DNA from: a candidate division WOR-3 bacterium
GTDB lineage: Bacteria > Hydrothermota > Tepidihabitantia > SM23-42 > CAYGYG01
Assembly: GCA_965648915.1 (NCBI GenBank)
Contig: CBFGIV010000043.1
Span: 1-19,265, forward strand
Length of the DNA: 19,265 bases
Direction of reading: 5' to 3'
Shown here: piece by piece, positions 1 through 8,904 of the stretch
Layout of the letters: each line of letters opens with the position of its first letter
Numbering within the stretch: the first letter of the stretch is position 1
Made by a program: the position numbers and the translations under genes
The notes under the pieces: generated by a model
Told to the model about the DNA's origin: nothing
Database searches by the model: none
Seen by the model: only the letters and a program-made list of their open reading frames with translations

Positions 1-195
1 AAAGTTAAGTGAGAAAAAATAACTTTGGGGATGGTTAATAAAGGTCTATTGAATAATCAAAACCATTGATTTCTTAAACTAAAATTAAAAACTAAAGGTG
101 AGAAAAAAATTCATTCGGCATTGCTGCGTGTTGGTTTATTCTAAAGATGTAGGTGAACAGATTGGAATCCACCATCGTCAATGGTTAAATCGCTC

Positions 196-223
196 TTGAC
201 TTTAACAGGAATTAACATAAAAT
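196..223 (+). promoter_or_regulatory. sigma70-type promoter TTGACT-N16-TAAAAT, probably giving a near-leaderless mRNA
   Basis: TTGACT at 196-201 and TAAAAT at 218-223; ATG at 232 lies 8 nt after the -10 box with no Shine-Dalgarno in between. Confidence 0.55.
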
Positions 224-231
224 AAAAATTT

Positions 232-960
232 ATGGATATTACCTGGTTAAATTATGTCGATGTTAAACGCCGACGGAATTTATTGAAGATTCTTCAGGAG
301 TTGTCAAAACTGCAGGATAAGGAGAATCCTAATTTCATCATCATCGGTGCTATGGCGCTGTTGATTGCCGATTATTTATCCTACACCGCTCAATGGGATG
401 TCGATTTACTTTTTAAGAATAGCAATGCTTTACGCGATTTTATAAATCTACGCAAATCGAGTTTGTTACAGATTGTCAATTATGACGATGACTATATGAC
501 CAGTGAAAATATCACCAGTTTCCATACTGCCTGGTCATTTGGCAAAGGCTGGTTCAATGTCGATTATATTCTGAGGGCCAATCTTTTTGAATTCTATGCT
601 GATCGTCTTGATGAACTGGCGTTTTACAATCAATCGATTAAATTCGAGAATGAAATTTTTTCGATCGCGCTTTATCTTGCCCATCCCTGGGATATTTTTT
701 TGGAGAAGGTTCTTTCGCCCCGCACCGCAAAAGAACTCGAATTAAAAGTCGATCTGAGTGTTGATATCCGACATATATTTCTTATCTACGAAAAGGAGAA
801 GGATTGTGCCGAATTCTGGCAGAGGGTACTGGCAAAGGCTCGCAGATTCAACAAAGAGAGACAATTTAAGGAGACCCTCCTCAAGGTCTTTGACTTAAGG
901 AAAGAACTTGGTTATGGGGGTATTGAGATCTCACCTTTCTCTGTTGAACAGTTAAGGTGA
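232..960 (+). CDS. nucleotidyltransferase-fold protein (AbiEii/DUF6036-like), function unknown
   Basis: 242-aa ORF with an N-terminal FIIIGAMALL...WDVDLLF motif (hG[GA]xA...DxD, Pol-beta NTase type) and a later 'PWDIFLEKV..R' segment like the E/D-x-x-x-x-K helix of these families. Confidence 0.6.
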   Translation: MDITWLNYVDVKRRRNLLKILQELSKLQDKENPNFIIIGAMALLIADYLSYTAQWDVDLLFKNSNALRDFINLRKSSLLQIVNYDDDYMTSENITSFHTAWSFGKGWFNVDYILRANLFEFYADRLDELAFYNQSIKFENEIFSIALYLAHPWDIFLEKVLSPRTAKELELKVDLSVDIRHIFLIYEKEKDCAEFWQRVLAKARRFNKERQFKETLLKVFDLRKELGYGGIEISPFSVEQLR

Positions 961-963
961 ACT

Positions 964-3864
964 ATGAAAGATTTTATCACAACCCTAAAGGAACGCATCG
1001 ATGAATTTGGTAATCATTACCGAAAATACCTGCAGGCGGTCTCGAACAATCTCGACCAGTTGATTCAGAGATTAGAAGAGCAGAAAAAGAGAGATCAGGT
1101 CCACATCTTGCATCCAGCCTATGACTTTGCCCAGGAGATAAAAACCATCGTTGGAGTCGGTGAAACAACTGAAGAGCAGTTGCGGTTTGTCGGAACCTAC
1201 TATGCACTCCAGTTCTTGTTAATCAATCGCCAGGCCATAGACCGGCTCCGAATGGAGATTTTGGCGTCAGAAGATGAGCGGATTAGTATCTATAAAAATT
1301 TTATGCGTCAGGCGGGCAATACATTTCGTATGCTCACCGCTAATTATATTAAGATCCTGCTCGATATCTTCGTGAAAGATAAACCGGGATTTGTTATTCT
1401 CGGTGTCGGGACAAAATCTGACCAGGACGATATCGATATCGGTATTCTGGACGATGGTTCGTCCCGACGGAGAGAATTTAATCGGGCAATTGCCTTAATC
1501 AGTCAAGAGATGCAAAAATATGCTACTTCATTCCATTTCCACCTCTCCGAGCATATCGGTCGCCGGTTCTATTCGGCTTCAATTGCTGAATATAAAAAGG
1601 TTCTTCGGCGTGAGATTCGAGACTTCGTCATTATCAATGAAATGTTGAGCGCAGCCGTGATCATCGGCAGTGAACAGATGTTTGAGGAATATCGAAGAGA
1701 AGTAACCGCCCGATACTTCTATAATGTAAATGGAGACAATCTCTATCACGAAGGCTATCTTCGTGGTATCCTGGGTGAAATTTCCTCGCTCTTAGCCCGG
1801 CCGATAAGTCCTGTTTATATAAATCTTAAAGAAGATGCATTACGCATTATCAAAAGTATTATCTCCGCCCGGAAGACGATATTTAACATTGAGAAGGTAA
1901 ATGCCTGGGACATCATTGAAGAACTCAAAGTCAAAGATCCAAAACGTCAGGCCGAATATGATGCCCTGGAACGGTCACTGACCTTTTTTGAGATTTTTAG
2001 ATATCTCTATCAACTCTTTGTTACTCAAGATGAAGTTGTCTATCTGGACGAAGTATCACTGAAGAACATCCGCAAGGTTTCAAGGGTCCTGGGCTATTCT
2101 GATATTGGTAAGTGTCGAGCTGAGGAGCATATCCTGGTTCATTATTATGAATATATTAAAAATATCAGGATGGTTGTTCCGCTTTTGATCGAAGATATGA
2201 AGTATCACTTAAAGCGCAATTCGGTCTTTGCCCCGATGTTCAAAGTTGACTATCCCGGTAATCTGGCTCACGACTTTATTGAACGTTTTAGATTCTTCCG
2301 GGGGGTTGCTTTCTGGGACGATATCCTTGATGATTTGAAGGTCGACGCCTTATTAAAAAAATTTGTTGGTGACTTAATCCTCTTGCCCCCCGAGGAAAAG
2401 GAACGAATAATTAAAAAATATATCGAGTGGGTCAGATATGACTTTTATCTCCTCATCGAATTTTTGACAATCTTGGGCAAGAATAAAAACAGCGTATCTG
2501 TTTATCACGAACTTAATCAACGTCTTTTAAAGACCATAAAGCGTATCCCGGAGAAGGCAAGAGATATTGCCTTCGTCTTCTATCGCTACCCTCAACTAAT
2601 CAATAATTATCTATCTTTGAATGATGAGCATGGTTTAAGGACTTATCTTAAAATTCTTGAAAGTCGAACCTTTGAAGAAGAGGTGGCGGAGATCATCAAT
2701 AATCTCAAGCCTTTGATCGCCCTCCATCTCTTAAGCAGTAAATTCTTCAAGCACATATTTTTAAGAGTCTTAGATAAATACCCCGAGTGTATTGGCTTGC
2801 TCAATCGACCCCAGCGCTTAAAAGAATTCGCTCAGGGGATTTATAGTGATGTTGGCTCAATGCGCACCTTTGAGGAAAAAAAGGAGAAACTTGGTGACTA
2901 CTATGATTTAATGTTAATGAGGGTTGCAATCGATAGTCTGAATAATATACCGGTAACCCAGACCAATACTGAGTTTATCGAATTTTCTGATAGTTATATT
3001 CAGGTGCTCAATGACCTCTGCCGCCTCGAAATTGATACCTTTTATAAGAAACGCATTATTACCCAGGATATCTTTGCCATCTTTGCGGCTGGTGGTCATG
3101 CCCGGGAACAGGCCTATGACGATGACTACGATATTATCGTAATCTTAAATTGTGAAGATGAGGAGGTGATCGATTACTGTAATAAATTAGTCAGCAAGAT
3201 GAATGCCGAGATCATCAAACGGGGGACAATCCCCCACCACCGTTTTGCTGAATACTTTGGAAGATTCGTTATCTGCCTGAGTGATCTGGAAAATTTATTG
3301 AATGAGGCCCGGCCCGATATATTTATCGAAAAATCACTGATTCTGGGAGCAAGGCTGATCGTTGGGTCACACAGGTTTGAACAGGATTTTATCGAGCGCA
3401 TCGTTAAACCCCATATCTTTGAAAAGAAACAGGAATATATCAACCAGATGATTAACGAGATATACTCAAGGGGGAAGATGGATGGTGAAATTACTGATAA
3501 TATTAAGGAGTGCCAGGGTGGTCTACGCGATATCGAGATGGTGATGTTGATCATTAAGGCTCAGTTTGGTATTAAAGATCCGGTCAACTCAAAACTGTTT
3601 GAAAATGTATCGAGTATGTGCAGGGATCTGAGTGATGATTTAATGATCCTGGGCCGTAACCTTGAATTTCTCAAACAACTCAGGGATATTTATCGCCTGA
3701 CGGCTGGTGCAACCGATTTAATAGTAGTCCCTGCCCTGGCGATACCAGCGCAGATTATGAAATTTGACAATAGTGAGGAACTTTATCAAAAATTCAAGAG
3801 GGTGACCGCTGAGGTCTCAAAGGCCATTGACCGACTGATTGAGAAATTAAAGAGATTCAATTAA
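964..3864 (+). CDS. large GlnE/GlnD-like protein with two tandem nucleotidyltransferase modules
   Basis: 966 aa. NTase motifs FVILGVGTKSDQDDIDIGIL (~1390-1450) and FAIFAAGGHAREQAYDDDYDIIVI (~3073-3145); the GlnD/GlnE-type signature NIKECQGGLRDIE (~3499-3537) has a weaker N-half counterpart NLKEDALRII. Starts 3 nt after the upstream stop. Confidence 0.65.
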   Translation: MKDFITTLKERIDEFGNHYRKYLQAVSNNLDQLIQRLEEQKKRDQVHILHPAYDFAQEIKTIVGVGETTEEQLRFVGTYYALQFLLINRQAIDRLRMEILASEDERISIYKNFMRQAGNTFRMLTANYIKILLDIFVKDKPGFVILGVGTKSDQDDIDIGILDDGSSRRREFNRAIALISQEMQKYATSFHFHLSEHIGRRFYSASIAEYKKVLRREIRDFVIINEMLSAAVIIGSEQMFEEYRREVTARYFYNVNGDNLYHEGYLRGILGEISSLLARPISPVYINLKEDALRIIKSIISARKTIFNIEKVNAWDIIEELKVKDPKRQAEYDALERSLTFFEIFRYLYQLFVTQDEVVYLDEVSLKNIRKVSRVLGYSDIGKCRAEEHILVHYYEYIKNIRMVVPLLIEDMKYHLKRNSVFAPMFKVDYPGNLAHDFIERFRFFRGVAFWDDILDDLKVDALLKKFVGDLILLPPEEKERIIKKYIEWVRYDFYLLIEFLTILGKNKNSVSVYHELNQRLLKTIKRIPEKARDIAFVFYRYPQLINNYLSLNDEHGLRTYLKILESRTFEEEVAEIINNLKPLIALHLLSSKFFKHIFLRVLDKYPECIGLLNRPQRLKEFAQGIYSDVGSMRTFEEKKEKLGDYYDLMLMRVAIDSLNNIPVTQTNTEFIEFSDSYIQVLNDLCRLEIDTFYKKRIITQDIFAIFAAGGHAREQAYDDDYDIIVILNCEDEEVIDYCNKLVSKMNAEIIKRGTIPHHRFAEYFGRFVICLSDLENLLNEARPDIFIEKSLILGARLIVGSHRFEQDFIERIVKPHIFEKKQEYINQMINEIYSRGKMDGEITDNIKECQGGLRDIEMVMLIIKAQFGIKDPVNSKLFENVSSMCRDLSDDLMILGRNLEFLKQLRDIYRLTAGATDLIVVPALAIPAQIMKFDNSEELYQKFKRVTAEVSKAIDRLIEKLKRFN

Positions 3865-4013
3865 CTGCTTGCCTTTTCAACTTCTTTCTTGATCAACCGG
3901 ACACTGTTTGAGCCACATTTGGGACAGGTCCGCTCCTGCATCACTCCTTTGGTATAGGGTAGTTTAAATTCACTCCCGCAGCGCAAACACTTGAAATCGG
4001 CTTCTTCGGCCAA
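3861..4013 (-). CDS. small zinc-ribbon/rubredoxin-like protein (50 aa), not in the ORF track
   Basis: TTG start with AGGAGG (4020-4025) 6 nt upstream. Translation: MAEEADFKCLRCGSEFKLPYTKGVMQERTCPKCGSNSVRLIKKEVEKASS, with CxxC...CPxCGS. Confidence 0.85.
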   Translation of the reverse strand: MAEEADFKCLRCGSEFKLPYTKGVMQERTCPKCGSNSVRLIKKEVEKASS

Positions 4014-4028
4014 ACCGAACCTCCTGAT

Positions 4029-6443
4029 TTATTTCTTCTTTTTTTCCTCTTCTTCTTTCAACACCCTGATCGTATATTCAATCTCCTCTTTGGTCACCTG
4101 CTGGCGGTGTCTCTCTATATCAACCATTGTTCGGGCAAATCTCTGCCCTTCTGCGGCGCTGATCCATTCTAAGAAGAGTCGTTCCGGTCTTATACCCAGT
4201 CTTTCCAGTCTATCCCATAACTTTTCAACTCGCTTCTGGGTCCAGCGGTTGGCATCGATATAATGGCAATCGACATAATGGCAACCCGAGACAACGACAA
4301 TCGGTGCACCTTTTTTAAATGCGTGTAACACCCACTCTTCATCAACCCGACCACTACACATCGTCCTTATCAATCTTGAACTCGGTGGATACTGCAGGCG
4401 TGCCCCGCCGCAGGTATCAGCACCAGCATAAGAGCACCAGTTACAGGCAAAGACAATGATCTTTTCATAAGGGTCTTCTTCAAGATAGGCATCGATCTGC
4501 GCAATCGTCTGTTCATCAGTAAAATGTCTCATCCTGATTGCCCCAAATCGACATTCGGCACCACAGGTTCCACAACCCTTACACATCGCCTCAATCAGTG
4601 AGATCGATTTTTCCTTTGGCTTTACAGTAATTGCCTTGTAGGGGCAGGCCTGGGCACAGATTGTGCAGAACCGGCACAACTGAGGATTGATCTCCGAGGT
4701 TATGGCTTCAATCTTTACCTTGCCCGCGGCAAGAATTGTCTCGGCCCGGGCCGCGGCCGCACTGGCCTGAGTAACTGAGTCTTTAACATCTTTTGGGAAC
4801 TCAGCACAGCCGGCAAAGAAAACACCGCTGGTCGGTGCATCGACCGGTTTCAATTTAGGATGGAGTTCCATAAAGAAGCCGTCTGAGGTCTTGGAAAGTG
4901 TAAGCAATTTCTGGACCTCAGGCATATCGAGTCTTGGTGTTACCCCGATGGAGAGGACAACCATATCCAGTTCATGCTCTTCGATCTTATTCGCTGTTGT
5001 ATCTTCAATCATCAATCTTAAATTGTGCGATTGGGGATCTTCGACAATCTCACCCGGTATTCCCCTTATATAGCGAACCCCGACTTCCTTACTCCGTTTA
5101 TAGAGATCCTCAAAACCTTTACCAAATGCCCTCATATCAATATAAAAAACCTTGGCTTCGATATCAGGATAATGGTCCTTAAGCAGGAGTGTATCCTTGA
5201 CCGTATTCATACAGCAGATATTACTGCAATACGGTTTACCCCGTTTTTCACTCCGCGACCCGACACATTGAATAAAGCCGACTCTTTTTGGCCGCTGACG
5301 ATCACTTGGTCGGATAAAGTGGCCATCGGATGGGCCACCAGCCGAGATGAGACGCTCAAACTCCATGCTGGTGATGACATTCTCATATTTTGTATAACCG
5401 AATTCATCGAGAATCGCCGGATCAAAGACTTCCATTCCTGTTGCCACAATAACGACACCGGTATCAAATTCAACAATCTCATCTTTCATATCATAATCAA
5501 TACATTTTTTGTCACATTTCTCAGCACACTTACCACAGGCAATCGGATTCGTCCCGAGACAGTTTTTCATATCGATCAGATAGGCGGATGGGACGGCCTG
5601 AGGAAATGGGATGTAGATTGCCTTTCTTGATGATAGACCTAACTGGAATTCATCCGGGACAACCTTCGGGCAGACCTTGGCACATTCACCACAGGCAGTA
5701 CAATCCTTCTCCCGAACATACCGGGCCTTTTTGCGAACCCGAATATGAAAATTACCTATGTAACCGGTTATCGACTCAATCTCGCTGTAAGTTAAGAGTC
5801 TTATCTTCGGATGTCGACCGACATCCATCATCTTGGGACCGAGGATTCATATCGCACAATCCATTGTCGGGTAGGTCTTGGCCAACTGTGCCATCAGACC
5901 ACCGAGCGAAGGTTCTTTTTCGACGAGATATACCTGATAACCGGCATCGGCCAGATCGAGTGCGGCCTGCATCCCGGCCACACCGCCACCAATAACCAGT
6001 GCTGACCGGGTCACCGGAATCTCTTTCTCAATCTGCGGTTCAAGAAAACGGGCCCGGGCGACATAGGCCTTAATGATATCTTTAGCCTTGCTGGTTGCTG
6101 CATCACGATCACCCATATGTACCCAGGAGCAGTGTTCACGGATATTTGCCATATCAACAAGGTAGGGATTTAATCCGACTTCCGAAACACATGTCCGGAA
6201 GGTAGGTTCATGCATACGCGGGGAACAAGCCGAAACAACGACGCGATTCAGCCGATGTTCAACAATTGCTTTTTTTATTGTCTGCTGACCCGGTTCGGAG
6301 CACATATAGCGATTTTTGGTGCTGAAGATGACATTTGCCATCTTTCCGGCCGCAGCAACCAGCGCATCACAATCGACCGATCCCGCAATATTGGTCCCGC
6401 ATTCGCAGACAAAGACACCTATTCTTATCTCTTCATCTGGCAT
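4029..6443 (-). CDS. hdrA: heterodisulfide reductase subunit A fused to a C-terminal MvhD domain; selenoprotein (Sec199), 804 aa
   Basis: ORFs 5847..6443 and 4029..5831 are in frame, joined by [23 protein letters not shown] (TGA at 5847-5849). HdrA motifs: CECGTNI, ACSPRMHE, GGGVAG, QCVGSR, CSNICC and two ferredoxin modules. MvhD motifs: CNWCSY, CSGRV, GCHYVDCHY. AGGAGGTG Shine-Dalgarno upstream. Confidence 0.95.
5809..5846 (-). promoter_or_regulatory. putative bacterial SECIS element of the hdrA-mvhD fusion gene
   Basis: Hairpin GGAUGUC-GGUC-GACAUCC (5809-5826) starts 20 nt 3' of the in-frame UGA; its G-containing apical loop lies 27 nt from the UGA. Confidence 0.75.
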
Positions 6444-6463
6444 CTACATCACCTCCTTTCGAC

Positions 6464-7336
6464 CTATCCAGCTATTTTTTCCAAAACTTTATCCACCTTA
6501 ACTCGATGAGTATGAAGTCCGACCTCTTCTGGTTTTAATCCTTGGGCAAGACCGAGAAGTTGAAAAAGATAGATCACCGGGATATTATACTCTCGGTTCC
6601 GCTTTCGGGCAAGTAAAATTTGGCCTAAATCAAAGGATGAAAAGCAGGTTGGACAGATGAGCCCCATACAGTCGGCACCACTCTCCTCGATCGCCTTAAA
6701 GATTGCCTCGGTCATCATAAGTGGGATATCTTCACTCATACAGCCCTTGCCGCAGCAGAGTAGTCTTTCTTTATGCTCCACCGGACTGGCACCAAGCGCC
6801 TTGACAAAATCGTCAAGAATCGATGGATAGTCGGCATCATCGACACGCATTATCTGACTCGGCTTTAAGAGATGGCAGCCATAGTGGATAGCGACCTTTA
6901 TCCCTTTAAGAGGTCGTTTGACCGATTTCCTGACAGCATCAATACCCAGATCATCTCTGATCATCACGACCGCATGTTTGATCTTTGCCTTACCTTTATA
7001 TTCTTTGTTTATCTTTTTTAACCGCTGGTTCACTTCCTCCATCAATCTTGAATCTTCAGTAAGAAGGAAGTGGGCCTCTTTCAAGGTCGAGATACAACCC
7101 GAACACATCGTTATTACATCAAGTCCGGTCTCTTCGGCCACCGTTAAATTTCTGGCTGCAACTGTTAACCAGGTCATCTTGTCTTTTGCCTTAAAATAGA
7201 TTGGATCAGGACAACAGGTAAAACCATCGATGTCGACAATCTCAATTCCAAGATTGGGCAGGGTTTTTCTTATCGCCAGTTCCATCTGCGGGTATTTGAG
7301 GGGCATCATACAGCCCCAGAAAGGAACGACCTTCAT
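6464..7336 (-). CDS. hdrB: heterodisulfide reductase subunit B
   Basis: 290 aa with two CCG-type domains (FWGC...CCPDP...CSGC and HYGCH...CCG...CPTC) and C-terminal YLFQLLGLAQG; lies in an hdr cluster. Confidence 0.92.
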   Translation of the reverse strand: MKVVPFWGCMMPLKYPQMELAIRKTLPNLGIEIVDIDGFTCCPDPIYFKAKDKMTWLTVAARNLTVAEETGLDVITMCSGCISTLKEAHFLLTEDSRLMEEVNQRLKKINKEYKGKAKIKHAVVMIRDDLGIDAVRKSVKRPLKGIKVAIHYGCHLLKPSQIMRVDDADYPSILDDFVKALGASPVEHKERLLCCGKGCMSEDIPLMMTEAIFKAIEESGADCMGLICPTCFSSFDLGQILLARKRNREYNIPVIYLFQLLGLAQGLKPEEVGLHTHRVKVDKVLEKIAG

Positions 7337-7342
7337 AATTAT

Positions 7343-7783
7343 CTATCTCTTCTTTGAGATTTTCTTTATATATTTTTCCACTTCGTCTATGAATTCAAGA
7401 AACAACCTGTGGTTCTTTCTGACCAATGAGAGCAAAGCCTCATCCGAAACTGTCCAGTATCTGTGGACAAGCGAATTTCTGAAGTCAAAGATAGGTTTTA
7501 ATTTATCTATTAAATTTTTTGATATAATTTTTGATTCGCCTGCTTTTAAGATTGTTTCTATATAACCGGACACACCTATCCCTATGCTCTTTGCAAGAAT
7601 ATGGATGAGGGTATTCGCCATTATTTCAGCAACTTCAATCAATAGATACTTCAATCCCCTTAAAATCCACACCTGGGAGATAATTTCATTATCCGAATAT
7701 TGGGCAGTAAGCTTTTCAATTTCATTGGTTCTGTATTTTATATCTTGAAGATAATTCTGGATTCGTTCCTTATCAATCTTCAT
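7343..7783 (-). CDS. hepT: HEPN (DUF86) ribonuclease toxin, HepT-like
   Basis: 146 aa with an RX4HXY motif (FRNSLVHRY); overlaps the upstream MNT gene by 4 nt. Confidence 0.85.
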   Translation of the reverse strand: MKIDKERIQNYLQDIKYRTNEIEKLTAQYSDNEIISQVWILRGLKYLLIEVAEIMANTLIHILAKSIGIGVSGYIETILKAGESKIISKNLIDKLKPIFDFRNSLVHRYWTVSDEALLSLVRKNHRLFLEFIDEVEKYIKKISKKR

Positions 7784-8181
7784 AATATGGACGCCTCTTT
7801 AAGAATACCGATACACTCCCGATAGGTAATCGCATTCTTTTCTATAAGGCCGGTTCTTAAATCCGGGTTTCGATCAACAATCAGAACCCCTTCTTTGAAT
7901 ACCCTGTTTAAGAAAGTAAAAGATACTAAGTTTAAAATAACTATATCAACATTATCCGGCTTTATATTAAAACCATTTTGTGCCAGTGCCCTCGCTATTG
8001 TGCATTTTAAATCTGAAGTAATCTTAAAAATACTCATCTCATCGATTGGTGCGATATAAATTCCGATATCTATATCATTGTATCTCTTTTCTCTGGTAAA
8101 AGAGCCAAAAAGATAGGCAAACTTGATGGACTTTTTTGGGGCTAAAATTTTCTTTAATTCTCTTATAACCTTTATCATCAT
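7780..8181 (-). CDS. mntA: minimal nucleotidyltransferase (MNT) antitoxin, MntA-like
   Basis: FAYLFGS...DIDIGIY and VDIVILN motifs. The ORF is open to 8187, but the ATG at 8181 fits the predicted transcription start better. Confidence 0.85.
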   Translation of the reverse strand: MMIKVIRELKKILAPKKSIKFAYLFGSFTREKRYNDIDIGIYIAPIDEMSIFKITSDLKCTIARALAQNGFNIKPDNVDIVILNLVSFTFLNRVFKEGVLIVDRNPDLRTGLIEKNAITYRECIGILKEASIL

Positions 8182-8187
8182 ACTCAT

Positions 8188-8215
8188 ATTTTAGTTAAAA
8201 AAAAATAGTTGTCAA
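8188..8215 (-). promoter_or_regulatory. sigma70-type promoter TTGACA-N16-TAAAAT of the toxin-antitoxin pair
   Basis: Consensus -35 TTGACA (8215-8210) and -10 TAAAAT (8193-8188); the ATG at 8181 begins at the 7th nt after the -10 box. Confidence 0.7.
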
Positions 8216-8329
8216 TGAGTTGTAGATAGAGATATAATCGTAATTGGGTGATAAGGATATTGAAAGGGCTATTGACCGAAGAGTCAATTGATGATAGGTG
8301 GCATGAAACATCGCAAAGGTCTTGCAACA

Positions 8330-8896
8330 CTAATGTTCGCCTTCACGCTTTTCTTCTATTATTTCTTTTAATTCCGCAACTGGTATTTTCTTAATTTCCG
8401 GTAAGCCCAGTTCAGAGCGAATACGATTCACCGCAGATGTGACTATCGCGCTCCAGCCGGTCTTACTGATATTTTCCGATAGTTTTATTAACGCCGGCGG
8501 TGCGGTCCCTTTTTCTTGCGCAATATTTTTAAGGGCAATGATGACTTCAATGGGCCGGGCATCCTGGGGGCAGCGTTCATAGCAGGAATAGCAGTTGGTG
8601 CAGAACCAGATTACCGAATCTGGACCAATCAATTCTTCCTCCATACCCAACAGGGCTTTAAGCAGAATCATCCGGGGATTAAATTCTTTAATAAACCTTG
8701 CTGCCGGACAGACCGCAACACAGGCACTGCACTGATAGCAATAGTTATGATGCTTGCCACCGGGGACTCTGTTCAGACTTTCCCGAAAGCGAAAATTGAC
8801 AACGATCTTCTTCTTTTCCATAAATTTAATTTTTTCTTCGGTAGCGACCATCTTTAGATGGACGAACATACTCTTCGGCCTGATATATCCTGACAC
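8330..8896 (-). CDS. hdrC: heterodisulfide reductase subunit C (true start may be 8851 or 8821)
   Basis: Two [4Fe-4S] motifs, CYQCSACVAVCP and IWFCTNCYSCYERCPQ, plus C-terminal IRSELGLPE. Confidence 0.9.
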   Translation of the reverse strand: MSGYIRPKSMFVHLKMVATEEKIKFMEKKKIVVNFRFRESLNRVPGGKHHNYCYQCSACVAVCPAARFIKEFNPRMILLKALLGMEEELIGPDSVIWFCTNCYSCYERCPQDARPIEVIIALKNIAQEKGTAPPALIKLSENISKTGWSAIVTSAVNRIRSELGLPEIKKIPVAELKEIIEEKREGEH

Positions 8897-8904
8897 AACA
8901 GATT

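Noticed and set aside
9..110. GTGAGAAAAAA(A)T occurring twice (9-20 and 98-110)
   Set aside because: Low-complexity A-rich sequence with only two copies at the window edge; cannot be supported as an operator.
977..3554. Minus-strand ORFs 977..1207, 2914..3099 and 3174..3554
   Set aside because: They are shadows of the 966-aa gene.
4029..6443. hdrA as two separate genes or a nonsense pseudogene
   Set aside because: The TGA sits at a conserved Cys position in both paralogs, with the same downstream hairpin; Sec recoding explains this better.
8271..8288. ATTGAC-N6-GTCAAT palindrome downstream of hdrC
   Set aside because: Only a 6-bp stem with no U-tract; too weak to call a terminator or operator.
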